NCBI GenBank assembly: GCA_951406725.2 | Contig: OX597820.1 | Coordinates: 8,184,001 to 8,248,000, forward strand | Direction of reading: 5' to 3' | From: Octopus vulgaris | Taxonomy: Eukaryota | DNA length: 64,000 nt | Part shown: in pieces, positions 50,286 to 62,700 of the stretch | Layout: each line of letters starts with the position of its first letter | Position numbering within the stretch: the first letter of the stretch is position 1 | The notes under the pieces: generated by a model | What the model saw: the letters and a program-made list of their open reading frames with translations, nothing else | What the model was told of the DNA's origin: nothing | Database searches by the model: none | Program-made: the position numbers and the translations under genes

Positions 50286-51615
50286 TTCCTTTTCCTATAT
50301 TCTATGTATTTTAGCTATATTATCCAGATGAGTCTGTGGGTGGGGGCCCAAGTGCCACCAGCAATGATGCAGTTTTACGTTCTTTGTAGTTTATTGCAGT
50401 GTTGCAGAGTGATTGGGGACCCAGAGAGGGCCATCATGATTCTACAGACTGCTTTTAACATTAAGGATTGGTTTAATAGTCCACACTGTGCTTCAGGAGA
50501 CCTATTGAGTCAAGTACATCAACATTAAAAAATCAAATGGAAATTGTAGTTGTGATACCTGTGCCGGGGGCACGTAAAAAGCACCATCTGAACGTGGCCA
50601 ATGCCAGTGCCGTCTTAACTGGCTTCCGTGCCGGTGGCATGTAAAAAGCACCAACTGATTGTGGCCGTTGCCAGCCTCGCCAGGCACCTGTGCCGGTGGC
50701 ATGTAAAAAGCGCCCACTACACTCATGAAGTGGTTGGCTTTAGGAAGGGCATCCAGCTGTAGAAACACTGCCAGACCAGACTGGAGCCTGGTGCAGCCTT
50801 CTGGCTTCCCAGATCCTGGTCGAACCATCCAACCCATGCTAGCATGGAACACAGATGTTTGATGATGATGATGATGATCATGATGATTATGATGAAATGG
50901 TCCAAAGAGAAAGTAAGAGTAGTTAGTTGTTTCAAAGTCATCATCTGTTTTATTGTTAAAAATTTGAAAATGGAACACAACTGTTCCAAGAAAAGAAACT
51001 GATACAATAAGGTTGGGAAAATGAGATTGTGGCCTGAATCTGTAAACATTTGAGCACAAGGCATTGGGTGGGGTGGGGGTCCCAAGGAAAATAAGAGAGA
51101 ATGTTGAGCTTGTATCAGTGACTTCATTGGACAGCTTGTGTAGTTGAATGTAGATAAGAGTTTGGAAAAAAAAAGAGAATAATGCCATGTCCCCTGCCAT
51201 TTTAAGATAACAGTTTCAGTTGATCTCATTTTCTGATAAGTTAATAATGGTGTAAAGCAGGATTGCATTCAATTCTCCTGTCTGTTCATTACAAGTCCAT
51301 GGTTGTGACACTGAGTGACCATCCAACTAACCATCCATCCATTCATCTATTCTGTCCAGAACTTTTCTTTTTACAAGCCGACTTTAGCTTAATCCAAAGC
51401 TTGACCAATTTGCAATCAACAAATTTTGACTCGTTAGTATTTTTAATGACATCAGTCAATGGACTTAACTGTAGTGCTGTTACCCATTATCGGTTAATTT
51501 TGTTTTTCCATGACGTCATCACTCAATTTGAAGGATCCTGTTCTTGTTTTCATGGTAACTTTCTAATCGGGATGGAAAACAATCCGACGCCAAACGGAAG
51601 CAGAGACCTGCTTAC

Positions 51616-52275
51616 ATGCTTCTACAGCATCGTTGTTGCTGTTGTTGTTGTTGTTTCATGTTGTTGTATCTCTGATTACTCTGTCTTCATTTATCACTTG
51701 ACTTTCTTTGCTGTATTCTCTGTGTCTGGCACATGACGCGTATTTCTCTCTCTCCTCTGTTTGTGTCTGATAGGTTTAAATGGTTCAGTGATGTTGATTG
51801 TTTGTGTCTGAAGTTCTCCGACATTCACGACGAGAAGAAAGAGAAAACAGATGTAATCTGTTGTTCCTTTACGTGCTTATGTTGGTTGTGGCACTGGAGC
51901 CAGGTCTCTTGGAGATAGGCGTAGGGTTAAAGTAGTCGTACAGGAATGTCTAGAGAAGTACGAGAAGATGTTATCTGTAGATGAGGTTATGCAAGTCTCC
52001 AGTCAAAGAATGGAAGGCCATCGGGGTGAAATGTGAAGAGAGTAAAAAGCTTACAGTGTATTACTGAAAGGAGATTTAGTTGCTATTTCCAGCAGGTGCA
52101 GAGACCACATAAGATTTCTTCAAAGGTTCTTTGTTGATTAAATCCAAGTCATCTTTGATTGAGAGGAGATTTATTACCAAAGACATTCCAACAGTGGCCA
52201 TCAATTCTGTCATGGTGTTGGTGAGATGAAAAATTCTTCCTTGAATAGAATTCCTGTATATTACAGGTATCATTA
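51616..52275 (-). other. Candidate non-coding 5' UTR exon of the tetraspanin
   Basis: Non-repetitive island bounded on - by tttctgttgttttAG and GTAAG; no long ORF; in-frame TAG just upstream if spliced to 47267. Confidence 0.3.
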
Positions 52276-52349
52276 CTAAAACAACAGAAAAGATATTTCT
52301 GGCAGAAGGATCAGAGATGTGCAAACAGTATCTTCCTTAAATATGAGCC

Positions 52350-52735
52350 TCATGTGTTATTTAAACTTAAAACCTACGGGGGGGGGGGCACAGTCACAGG
52401 CATAGGTTGCGTGTGGGATGTAGTATGGCAGTGTCAGTTAGGGTTAGGGCGTAGTGTAGCAGTCTGTTTCTCTAGTTTGCTCTCCACAACCAACCTCCAC
52501 TCCACTGAGTGAGAGAGAAAGACCCTCATGTATGTGCCATGTATGTGTCATGTGTTATTTAAACTTAAAACCTACGGGGGGGGGGGGGGGTCACATTCAC
52601 AGGCATAGGCTGTGTGTGGGATGTAGTATGGCAGTGTCAGTTAGGGTTAGGGCATAGTGTAAGCAGTCTGTTTCTCTAGTTTGCTCTCCACAACCAACCT
52701 CCACTCCACTGAGTGAGAGAAAGACCCTCACCCAC
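52350..52735 (+). repeat. ~200-bp tandem duplication (a further ~125-bp duplication at 52864-52990 / 53364-53490)
   Basis: catgtgttatttaaacttaaaacctacgggg...gaaagaccctca occurs twice. Confidence 0.85.
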
Positions 52736-52823
<88 letters not shown>

Positions 52824-53517
52824 GTTTTTCTCCTTCAAAAACAACTACCACCACCACCAACGCCTTAAATTCCACTTTTTTACTCCCCTTTTTCTCTAGG
52901 GTCTGTCTTATAAAAAAAAAAGGGGAGAGAGGGGCAAGGCCTTATTGAAATAATGGAGTTGTGACATGTGTTAGGGCTACGAAGTAGAGGAGAACAGGGG
53001 AGAGAGATGAAGGCATTTTACAAATGTTTTACAAATGATAGCCAGTTGCTTTTTAGGGTTTCTTGTCCCTCTCCCTTCTTTTCCTCAGCCCCTATCACTG
53101 AATCTGTGTGTGTATGTGCCTGGATGTTTATGTGCTTGCACGTGTGTACGTATATGTAGGTTTTGTGTGTGTGTGTACATGTGTATATATGCATATGTTC
53201 TCTGTGTGCATGTGTGTGTGTCAGTATGTCACATGTCAATGTGCACGTCAATGTATGCATGCATGTGATGTCTGTGTGTGTTTGTGTTGTCTGTGTATGG
53301 ATCGTGTGTGTGTGTGTGTGTTCAGTCTTTAAGTTTCTTGTAGCCATCATGTTCAAGGCCAGGCTTAAATTCCACTTTTTTACTCCCCTTTTTCTCTAGG
53401 GTCTGTCTTATAAAAAAAAAGGGGAGAGAGGGGCAAGGCCTTATTGAAATAATGGAGTTGTGACATGTGTTAGGGCTACGAAGTAGAGGACAAACAGGCA
53501 GGCAGCACACCAGTGTA

Positions 53518-53571
<54 letters not shown>

Positions 53572-53670
53572 TCGGAGCAATCTGTGGATGAAATCTTAGT
53601 TGGCAAAAATGAAATTTGAAACTAGACACAATGTTTAGTTGATGATGTATCTATAGTAGTGGTGGTAGTG

Positions 53671-54211
53671 GAAGAAGAAGAAGAAGAAGAAGAAGAAGAA
53701 GAAGGGAGAGAAGAAGACGAAGAAGAAGAAGGGGAGAAGAAGAAGAAGAAGGAAGAAAGAAGAAGAAGAAGAAGAAGAAGAGGAACGAAGAAGAATAAGA
53801 AGAAGAAGAGGAAAGAAGAAGAATAAGAAGAAGAAGAGGAAAGAAGAAGAAAAAGAAGAAGAGGAAAGAAGAAGAAGGAAGAAGAAGAAGAAGAAGAAGA
53901 AGAAGAAGAAGAAGAAGAAGAAGAAGAAGGAACGAAGAAGGAGAAGAAGAAGGAAAGAAGAAGGAACAAAGAAGAAGAAGGAACGAAGAAGAAGAAGAGG
54001 AACGAAGAAGAAGAAGAAGAAGAAGAAGAAGAAGAACGAAGAAGAAGAACAACAAAGAAGAAGAAGAAAGAACGAAGAAGAAGAAGAAGAAGAAGGAACG
54101 AAGAAGAAGAAACGAAGAAGAAGAAGAAGGAACGAAGAAGAAGAAGAAGGAACGAAGAAGAAGAAGAAGGAACGAAGAAGAAGGAACGAAGAAGAAGGAA
54201 CGAAGAAGAAG
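53671..54211 (+). repeat. ~540-bp (GAA)n-rich polypurine tract
   Basis: GAA repeats with GGA/AAC interruptions. Confidence 0.97.
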
Positions 54212-54786
54212 GTATAGTTGACATGTATTTGTGGTAGTGTATTTGATGTATGTCATAGTTGTAGCAGTGGTTGATGATGCATTGGTTGTAGTACTAGTGT
54301 GGTGGTTAATGATTAAGTAATGGTGTTTAGTGGCGGTAGTAGTGGTGGTGGTGGTGGTGGTGGAGAGGGACAACTAGGTCAGACATGCTCGAGAAATACA
54401 CAGAAAATCTTAAACCTAAACAGTGTATGTGTGTGTGTGTGTGAACAGATACAAAAAATATATAGTGTATGTAAGAATCTTTCTCCCCCCCCATACACCA
54501 TGACCATCCAACAGGAAAAAAATTTTGACAATTCCCATAATGAAAAAAAAAAAGAAAATTTTCATCACTCCAATGCATGCACACACACACACACAGACTG
54601 ACTGACTTAGCAGCATCATCATCGAATGAATATATAAAGAGTAGACATGAAGAGAAAAAACAGGGTTGACTCATTGAGAAGGTTTCACATGTGTCATGAA
54701 AGACTGACAAATCCATCAAGGAATTAACTACAAAACCTTGTCACTCTCAGAATAACTCACCCAAAACATGCAACACACACACATAT

Positions 54787-54821
<35 letters not shown>

Positions 54822-54844
54822 CATATACACACACACACAAATAT

Positions 54845-55380
54845 CATCATCATCATCGTTTAACGGCCGTTCTCCATGCTGGCATGGGTTGGATGGTTCG
54901 ACTGGGATCTGGGAAGCCAGGAGGCTGCATTAGGTTCCAGTCTGATCTGGTAGTGTTTCTACAGCTGGATGCCCTTCCTAACGCCAACCACTCCGTGAGT
55001 GTAGTGGGTGCTTTTTACGTGCCACCAGCACAGGTGCCAGGCAAGGCTAGCAACGGCCACGACCGGTTGGTGCTTCTTACGTGCCACTGGCACGGAGGCC
55101 AGTCAAGGCGGAGCTGGCAACAGCCACGTTCGGATGGTTCTTTTACGTGGCACCGGCACTGGTATCACAACTGCAATTTCTATTGATTTTTTATCGATTT
55201 CGATTTCACTTGCCTCAACAGGTCTTCACAAGCAGAGTTTTGTGTCCCAAGAAGGAAAGGTATGTATAAGTGGACTGGCTACATCCCAGGTAGAGGTCAT
55301 GGGTTATGGTCTCACTTGTCCTGCCAGGCCTTCTCACACACACCATACTTCCAAAGGTCTCAGTCACTAGTCATTGCTTC
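54845..55380 (-). mobile_element. RTE 3'-UTR-only copy (about 20 such copies, e.g. 13195, 16815, 18198, 19958, 20925, 24100, 29668, 33673, 34599, 40130, 47490, 47853, 48430, 50495, 57784, 59256, 60195, 62127)
   Basis: (CAT)n-gtttaacgtccg...catgctagcatgggttggac...cagctggatgcccttcc matches the 3' end of the 44-46 kb LINE. Confidence 0.88.
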
Positions 55381-55389
55381 GGATTTTAA

Positions 55390-55690
55390 TAGGTTTCTAC
55401 CCATATAGGCCCAGGCCATGTCTAACTTAATAGCACCACCTGGTGAAGACTTTTGGTCATATATGGGGCACCATGGCCCACTCGAGCAAAGAGCGGTTGG
55501 AGACATATCTGGGTGTGGGAGGTTGGTCTGGAATTTTTTGGAGAAATTTGTCCAGAGAACTTTTGAATTTTGTGGGATCTGTTTCCATTTTGAGATATTT
55601 TGGTATTAAAGAGAGCCGGACCAGTTGAAGTAAAGTAGTTGTGGCCGGTAGTGGGTGGATAGCATAGGGGCCAAGTCTGGGTGGATTTTA
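55390..55690 (-). mobile_element. CR1-like LINE 3' remnant
   Basis: Residual GPALFN...TKFKSSLDKFLQKIPDQPPTP. Confidence 0.55.
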
Positions 55691-56733
55691 AAATTGATGT
55701 CAACATCATTTATATTGGTTTCTAATTTTGGCACAAGGCCAGCAATTTGAGGGGAAGATTAAGTCAATGACATTGGCCCCAGTGCTCAACTGGTACTTAT
55801 TTTATCAACCCCAAAAGGATGAAAGGAAAAATCAACCTCAGTGGAATTTGAACTCAGAACGTAGAGACAATTGAAATGCTAAGCATTTTGCCCAGCATGC
55901 TATCAGTTCTGCCAGCTTGCCATATCTCTCTCTCTCTCTCTTTATCTCTCTATCTCTTTATCTCTCTCTCTCTGTGCAGTGTGGCTGAATGATTAAGAAA
56001 TTCAGTTTGCAATCCTGCAGTCCTGGTTTCAATTCTGCTATACTCTTTTACTCGTTTCAGTCATTTGACTGCGGCCATGCTGGAGCACCGCCTTTAGTCG
56101 AGCAAATCGACCCTGGGACTTATAATAATAATGAAATTATTGTATACAGTGCTCAGGTGCACCACAACTTGTCAGAAAGTGCATATAAAGTACATGCAGT
56201 AATGTACAAATGTCTGGAAAGCGAACAATGTATGAGTCAGATACATGCTTGTATGTGTATTGAGGGGAGAAAATCAGGTGTAGTGAATAATATATTATTC
56301 TTTGTAAGCCCAGTACTTATTCTATTGGTCTCTTTTGCCGAACCGCTATGTGCCATCTTTTTCTATATCCTCACGTCTAAAGAGCTGAAACTGTGCAGAA
56401 TCTCATCCTGTTGTCTGTACTAGTAATTGCAAACGTCCAGCTTAGTCACACTGTATCATGTTGATTTCACCTGAGAATTTCATTAAGGATACAAATGTCT
56501 GTGGAATATTCAACCACTTAGATGACAATTCATTGAGGAGAAGGGAGTTTAATTGTTCTAACAACTCAAAACTTATGGCTGGAAATTCTGGAAATTTTGT
56601 GAAATGATTGGCATTAGGAAAGGCATTCAGCCATAGAAATCATGCCACAACAGACACAGGGACTGGACATGGTCAGTGGAGCTGTTGGATCCTGTCAAAG
56701 TGTCCAACCCTTATCAGATGTGAAGGACATTAA

Positions 56734-57203
56734 CCCTTTTGTTACCATATTTCTGTTGAGATGCTCTGTGTTTCTCTCAATTACTTTAAATATAACAAAG
56801 AATTTAGTAAAATAACATAGTTATCATTAAGCTAGTGTTAGGAACAAATTGTGACTAAGGTTTGGTGGAAGATTTTAATTCAAAACTTATAAAAACAGGA
56901 CATTTGTACTCAGAGCCAGAGGCAGTTTTAGTTAGGTTGGTATCAAAAGGGTTAAGAATTGTTTCTCTATTATATATTTTAACCCTTTTGTTACCATATT
57001 TCTATTGAGATGCTCTGTGTTTCTTTCAATTACTTTAAATATAACAAAGAACTTAGTAAAATAAGTTAGTTATCATTCAGCTAGTGTTAGGAACATAAAT
57101 TGTGACTAAGGTTTGGTGGAAGATTTTAATTTAAAACTTATGAAAATAAGACATTTGTATTACAGAGCCAGAGGCGGTTTCGGCCGGATTGGTATCATAA
57201 GGG
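56734..57203. mobile_element. Two adjacent piggyBac-type MITEs (56734-56951 and 56983-57203); duplicated at 62965-63434
   Basis: Each is flanked by TTAA, with TIRs CCCTTTTGTTACCA / TGGTATCAAAAGGG. Confidence 0.85.
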
Positions 57204-57698
57204 TTAAAAGATGAGGATCACACACACACACACACAAATATATCATCATAGAAACGAAGAGAAAGACTATAAATGCAACATGAAACTATTCAATGAAGAG
57301 TGATTGGATATTTCGGTCAATTCAAAAATACGATGACAGAATGATTTTAAATCTTTTTTTAAAAATAGTTTCTGGGGTAACAACTCTTGTAGCTGTTGTT
57401 ACTGTGAGTGTTGAAATATAGAATAAACTAAGTTTTCAGTTACCATGGAAACAGAAAATAAGTTATTACAAAACAATAAAAAGAACTTAAAGTTTTTTTT
57501 TTTATTCATATATCATCATCTCATCATCATTTAATATCCATCTTCGTTGTTGCTAGGTATGGGTATTGGACAGTTCGGCTTTATCCAGAGTTATTTTAAA
57601 CTAACATTTACATGCTATCAATTATAGCTTTATCTACTTCAAGTTCCACCATTACAAATTAACTATTTCATAGCTCTAGAAGGTTCTAAATTCTTAGG

Positions 57699-57732
<34 letters not shown>

Positions 57733-57742
57733 TGGCATCAAG

Positions 57743-57773
<31 letters not shown>

Positions 57774-58091
57774 TATACATATATCATCATCATTGTTTAA
57801 CGTCCGTTTTCCATGCTACCATGGGTTGGACGGTTCGACCAGGGTCTGGTAAGCCTGGAGGCCGCACCAGGTTCCAGTCTGATCTGGCAGTGTTTCTACA
57901 GCTCGATGCCCTTCCTAACGCCAACCACTCCGTGAGTATAGTGGGTGCTTTTTATGTGCCACCGGCACATGTGCCAGGGGAGGCTGGCAATAGCCATGAT
58001 CAGTTGGTGGTTTTTACGTGCCACCGACACGGAAGCTCGTCAAGGCGGCGCTGGCATCGACTACATACGGATGCTGCTTTTTAGGTGCCAC

Positions 58092-58147
<56 letters not shown>

Positions 58148-58722
58148 AAAGCTTTGTCCTCCCGTTTCTTAGATCCTGGCCACAATCCGTATGTTAATTA
58201 CCAAAGTTATTATCAACTCCCAACAGTAGTAACAATAATAAAAACCAAATATTACAGAAGAATATTCTACTAAAAATATCTTATAAAGTCTGACTATATC
58301 TAATCAAAACAGAGATTTCTCATAAACAACATCACAACCACCACCAGCTTTCTTATCTCCTCCCACCCACACTCACCAATTTTATTTTCATTGAGATTTC
58401 CAGGAACATATCTGCTCCCCTGGCAACTCATTATCTTTCATTGTGCCAACAGGGGTTACAAAGCACCCCACTTTCATTCTGATGGAGAGAAACAATGTCT
58501 GGATTTATTTCCTCTGCCACCTCGTGTTTAAATGTCAGGTGTATATATGTATGCATGTATATAGCTGGTGTGTATACATACATGTATATGCATATATACA
58601 CTCACATTTAAATTCCTGCTATGTACTCGCTTCCCCTAGCTAGCCTATAACTGGAACTGTCCCCTATTCTCATTTTCCCTCCATTTCTTTGAGGGCACTT
58701 CCCCAGGATGGTTTGCAAGATT

Positions 58723-58958
58723 AAGGCGGCGAGCTGGCAGAAACGTTAGCATGCCGGATGAAATGCCTAGCGGTATTTTGTCTGCCGCTACGTTCTGAGT
58801 TCAAATTCCCCTGAGGTCGACTTTACCTTTCATCCTTTTGGGGTCGATAAATTAAGTACCAGTTACACACTGGAGTCGATATAACCAACTTAATCCGTTT
58901 GTCTGTCCTTGTTTGTCCTCTCTGTGTGTAGCCCCTTGTGGGTAGTAAAGAAATAGGT
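58723..58958 (+). mobile_element. SINE family B, full length (other copies ~15155-15345, 19017-19250, 30400-30520, 33076-33310, 35938-36140, 40911-41141, 55760-55920, 60352-60633)
   Basis: aaggcggcgagctggcagaa...gagttcaaattcc...gtaaagaaatag repeats throughout the window. Confidence 0.88.
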
Positions 58959-59129
58959 TTTCAGGATTGAGTTAAGTATAACCTCATTGTATAAACTAAC
59001 CATGTCCAAGAGCCTTCTACCAGCTTGGCAGCTGTTCTCACAAATTATGCTCCTTTTAGGCACTGACAACAATTCCCCAATTCTCTTCCCACTCTTCATT
59101 CCAAGTTCACAACTTTAGCGCCATCCCAA

Positions 59130-59800
59130 CCAATGTCAGCAGAATGAAAAGCAGAACCAGTGAGGTTGTTGAAATGCTGGAGTGGTTGCATGCAGATGTG
59201 TGCTATGTCCACAACATAAGATGAAGCCTCATCTAGGTTCCTCACAGAGAAAGAACATCATCATCATCATCATCATCGTTTAACGTCCGCTTTCCATGCT
59301 AGCATAGGTTGGACGATTTTGACTGAGGGCTGGCAAACCAGATGGCTGCACCAGGCTCCAATCTTGATTAGGCAGAGTTTCTACAGCTGGATGCTCTTTC
59401 TAACGCCCATATATACAAAATTCTTTTGAGAAGGCAGCAGTGACAGAGAGGGTAAGTGTAGGCAAACTTTTGGCAGAGAAATGGGTTGATAAAGTAACGG
59501 CAGTAGTCAGAGTGTTTGTAGGATAGTTAAGCTAAAATTCGGCAGTTATTTTATGCACCACAGTCAGTACTAGCAAGAAGATCACAAGGACCAATCTTAT
59601 TAGGTTTATTTTACAGATTACTTCAATGACGAATGACAATGGCTTTATTTTTATCATGGCTTGTGACTTTGACTGACATGTTTGGCAAGACACTGATGGA
59701 TTCCAGAGGGTGCATGGAGGTTACAGCTTCCTATTAGAAACAAAAAGAGGACAAGGCTGCTGGAGTTCTGAGGTGCAACTGATCAGATAATCTGCAGCAT
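59130..59800 (+). mobile_element. Highly decayed RTE endonuclease-domain fragment
   Basis: Residual EVVEMLE...DVC and LLAEKWVDKV..VVRV motifs with stops; interrupted by an RTE tail. Confidence 0.5.
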
Positions 59801-61129
59801 TAACTTCAAGAAACCAGTTAGCCTCCTGATTGCCTACCCATATGATGAGCAAAAAAAAACCCCAGATTGATTACATTCTCACCAATAAAAAAAAAGGAAA
59901 AAAAGATGCTTGTTGCAAAGTCTTTTTCTGGTGAAGAATGTACAACTTGACACAGTTGAGTGGCAGTGACTTCAGACTCGGAGAAACAAACCAGTCTGGC
60001 AAAGATAGGATGCTTCAAGGACCTAAAATACAGTCAGTAATTTAGAGAACTTCTAGAAGCTCTCTCTCTCTCTCCAAGTGAAAAGCAGATTGTATGATAT
60101 TTGTGTATGAACAGCAATGCAGCACAGGAGTGAGAAATGGGCCCTGAATGCTGAAGGTATGAATATTGGAAAGGAATTTTAAAATATGTCCTTGATCGGC
60201 TTCCGTGCCGTTGCACGTAAAAAGTACCAACCAATCGTGGCCGTTGCCAGCCTCCTCTGGCTTCTGTGCCGGTGGCACATAAAAAGCACCCACTACACTC
60301 ACAGAGTGGTTGGTGTTAGGAAGGGCATCCAGCTGTAGAAACACTGCCAGAGCATTTCACCCGGCATGCTAACGTTTCTGCCAGCTTGCCAGACGAAATA
60401 CCTATTTCTTTATTACCCACAAGGGGCTAAACACAGAAGGGACAAACAAGGACAGACAAACGGATTAAGTCAATTATATCGACCCCAGTTTGTAACTGGT
60501 ACTTATTTAATCGATCCCAAAAGGATGAAAGGCAAAGTCGACCTCGGCGGAATTTGAACTCAGAAAGTAGTGGCAGACGAAATACCGCTAAGCACTTCGC
60601 CCGGCATGCTAACGTTTCTGCCAACTTGCCGCCTCTGATATACCCTGATACTCTGCCAACATTATCTCTATTTACTCTCACCCCCCCCCCCCAACCTCCC
60701 ATATAATGCAGAGAAGTCATGTGTCCCCTCCACACCAACACACCTGTACTCGTGTCCCTTTCCTCATGCTTCAGCCTCTCAACACCTGGCACAAACCCAC
60801 TTCTACCCCCCTCTCAAATACACCCTACCACACACACTGGTGACCTCACTAGTGTTGGTGGCATAAAAGCAAAAGCACCCAATACACCCTGTAAAGTGGT
60901 TGGCACTAGAAAAGGGCTCTTCTACAGCTGTAGAAACCCCATGGGAACTCATTCCAGTGGTTTGTTGGATCCTGTCAAACAGTCTCCCGACCCATGCCAG
61001 AAAGGAAAACAGATGTTAAACGATGATGGTGATGATAATCATGTGGGCATGTGCATGGTACATGAGAGCGTATGTATGCATGTGTACATGTCAGATATAC
61101 ATACATCTATAAACAGGCATAGATCGTTA

Positions 61130-62113
61130 GCCATGATAGATCATTAGCCACTACAGACATTTTTTTCTATGTCCCTTTCTGTAGAAGAGCGTAGACTCGA
61201 AACGTAAAAGACTTTTTCTATTCCTGAGCATTAAACTAATACATCTGTTCGTTTTGTACACCACCTGTCTTCATCTTTTGTTTTTTTCATAAAATCTCCC
61301 TATATATATATATAAATCATGTAGATATATTGTTAGCCACTACACACATTTTTTTCTCTCCTTGTCTTTTCTATGTCCCTTTCTGTAGAAGAGCGTAGGC
61401 TCGAAACGTAAAAGACTTTTTCTATTCCTGAGCATTAAACTAATACATCTGTTCGTTTTGTACACCACCTGTCTTCATCTTTTGTTTTTTTCATAAAATC
61501 TCCCTATATATATATATAAATCATGTAGATATATTGTTAGCCACTACACACATTTTTTTCTCTCCTTGTCTTTTCTATGTCCCTTTCTGTAGAAGAGCGT
61601 AGGCTCGAAACGTAAAAGACTTTTTCTATTCCTGAGCATTAAACTAATACATCTGTTCATTTTGTACACCACCTGTCTTCATCTTTTGTTTTTTTCATAA
61701 AATCTCCCTTTATATATATATAAATCATGTAGATATATTGTTAGCCACTACACACATTTTTTCTCTCCTTGTCTTTTCTATGTCCCTTTCTGTAGAAGAG
61801 CGTAGACTCGAAACGTAAAAGACTTTTTCTATTCCTGAGCATTAAACTAATACATCTGTTCGTTTTGTACACCACCTGTCTTCATCTTTTGTTTTTTTCA
61901 TAAAATCTCCCTATATATATATATAAATCATGTAGATATATTGTTAGCCACTACACACATTTTTTCTCTCCTTGTCTTTTCTATGTCCCTTTCTGTAGAA
62001 GAGCGTAGGCTCGAAACGTAAAAGACTTTTTCTATTCCTGACCGTCATACTAATACATCTCTTTTGTACACCACCTGTCTTCGTCTTTTGTTCTTTTGGT
62101 AAACTCTCCCTAT
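61130..62113 (+). repeat. Tandem array of five ~203-204 bp units, each with a minimal hammerhead-like motif (retrozyme/Penelope pLTR-like)
   Basis: Motif starts at 61175, 61379, 61583, 61786 and 61989 (periods 204,204,203,203); units are near-identical and separated by (TA)n. Confidence 0.9.
61379..61414 (+). ncRNA. Minimal type-I hammerhead ribozyme motif, CUGUAGA core variant (representative array copy)
   Basis: cttt-CTGTAGA-a-gagc-gtag-gctc-GAAA-cg-TA-aaag: stem I cttt/aaag, stem II gagc/gctc, 2-nt palindromic stem III. Confidence 0.6.
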
Positions 62114-62600
62114 AAACACCTATATATCATCATCATCATCATCATTTAACGTCCGCTTTCCATGCTAGCATGGGTTGGACGGTTCAACTGGGGTCTGGGG
62201 AGCCCGTTGGCTGCACCAGGCCAGTCAGATCTGGCAGTGTTTCTACAGCTGGATGCCCTTCCTAACGCCAACCACTCCGAGAGTGTAGTGGGTGATTTTA
62301 TGTGCCACACGAGGCTGGCGAACACAAATATAAACACACAGACACAAACACACCTCACTAACACACATACATAGACACACAACACATAAGCACTAAAACC
62401 TAAATTCAAGTACATTACAAACAATGTGGCAGCACTTTATCACCTGTGTGTTAGACTGATCAGATAACAGGGGGGTGGGGGGATAGACAGACAGACAGAC
62501 AGACAGGCAGGCATGCAGGCTGCTGAGTGATGAAGAAAGCATTGGGGATGAATGAGTGGGGAGTCAAGGCATCAGGTATTGTAATTAGGGATGTTTAAAT

Positions 62601-62700
62601 NNNNNNNNNNNNNNNNNNNNNNNNNNNNNNNNNNNNNNNNNNNNNNNNNNNNNNNNNNNNNNNNNNNNNNNNNNNNNNNNNNNNNNNNNNNNNNNNNNNN
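62601..62700. other. Assembly gap (100 N)
   Basis: Run of N. Confidence 1.

Noticed and set aside
61130-62113. CRISPR-like array
   Set aside because: Whole units are near-identical with no variable spacers, and the context is eukaryotic.
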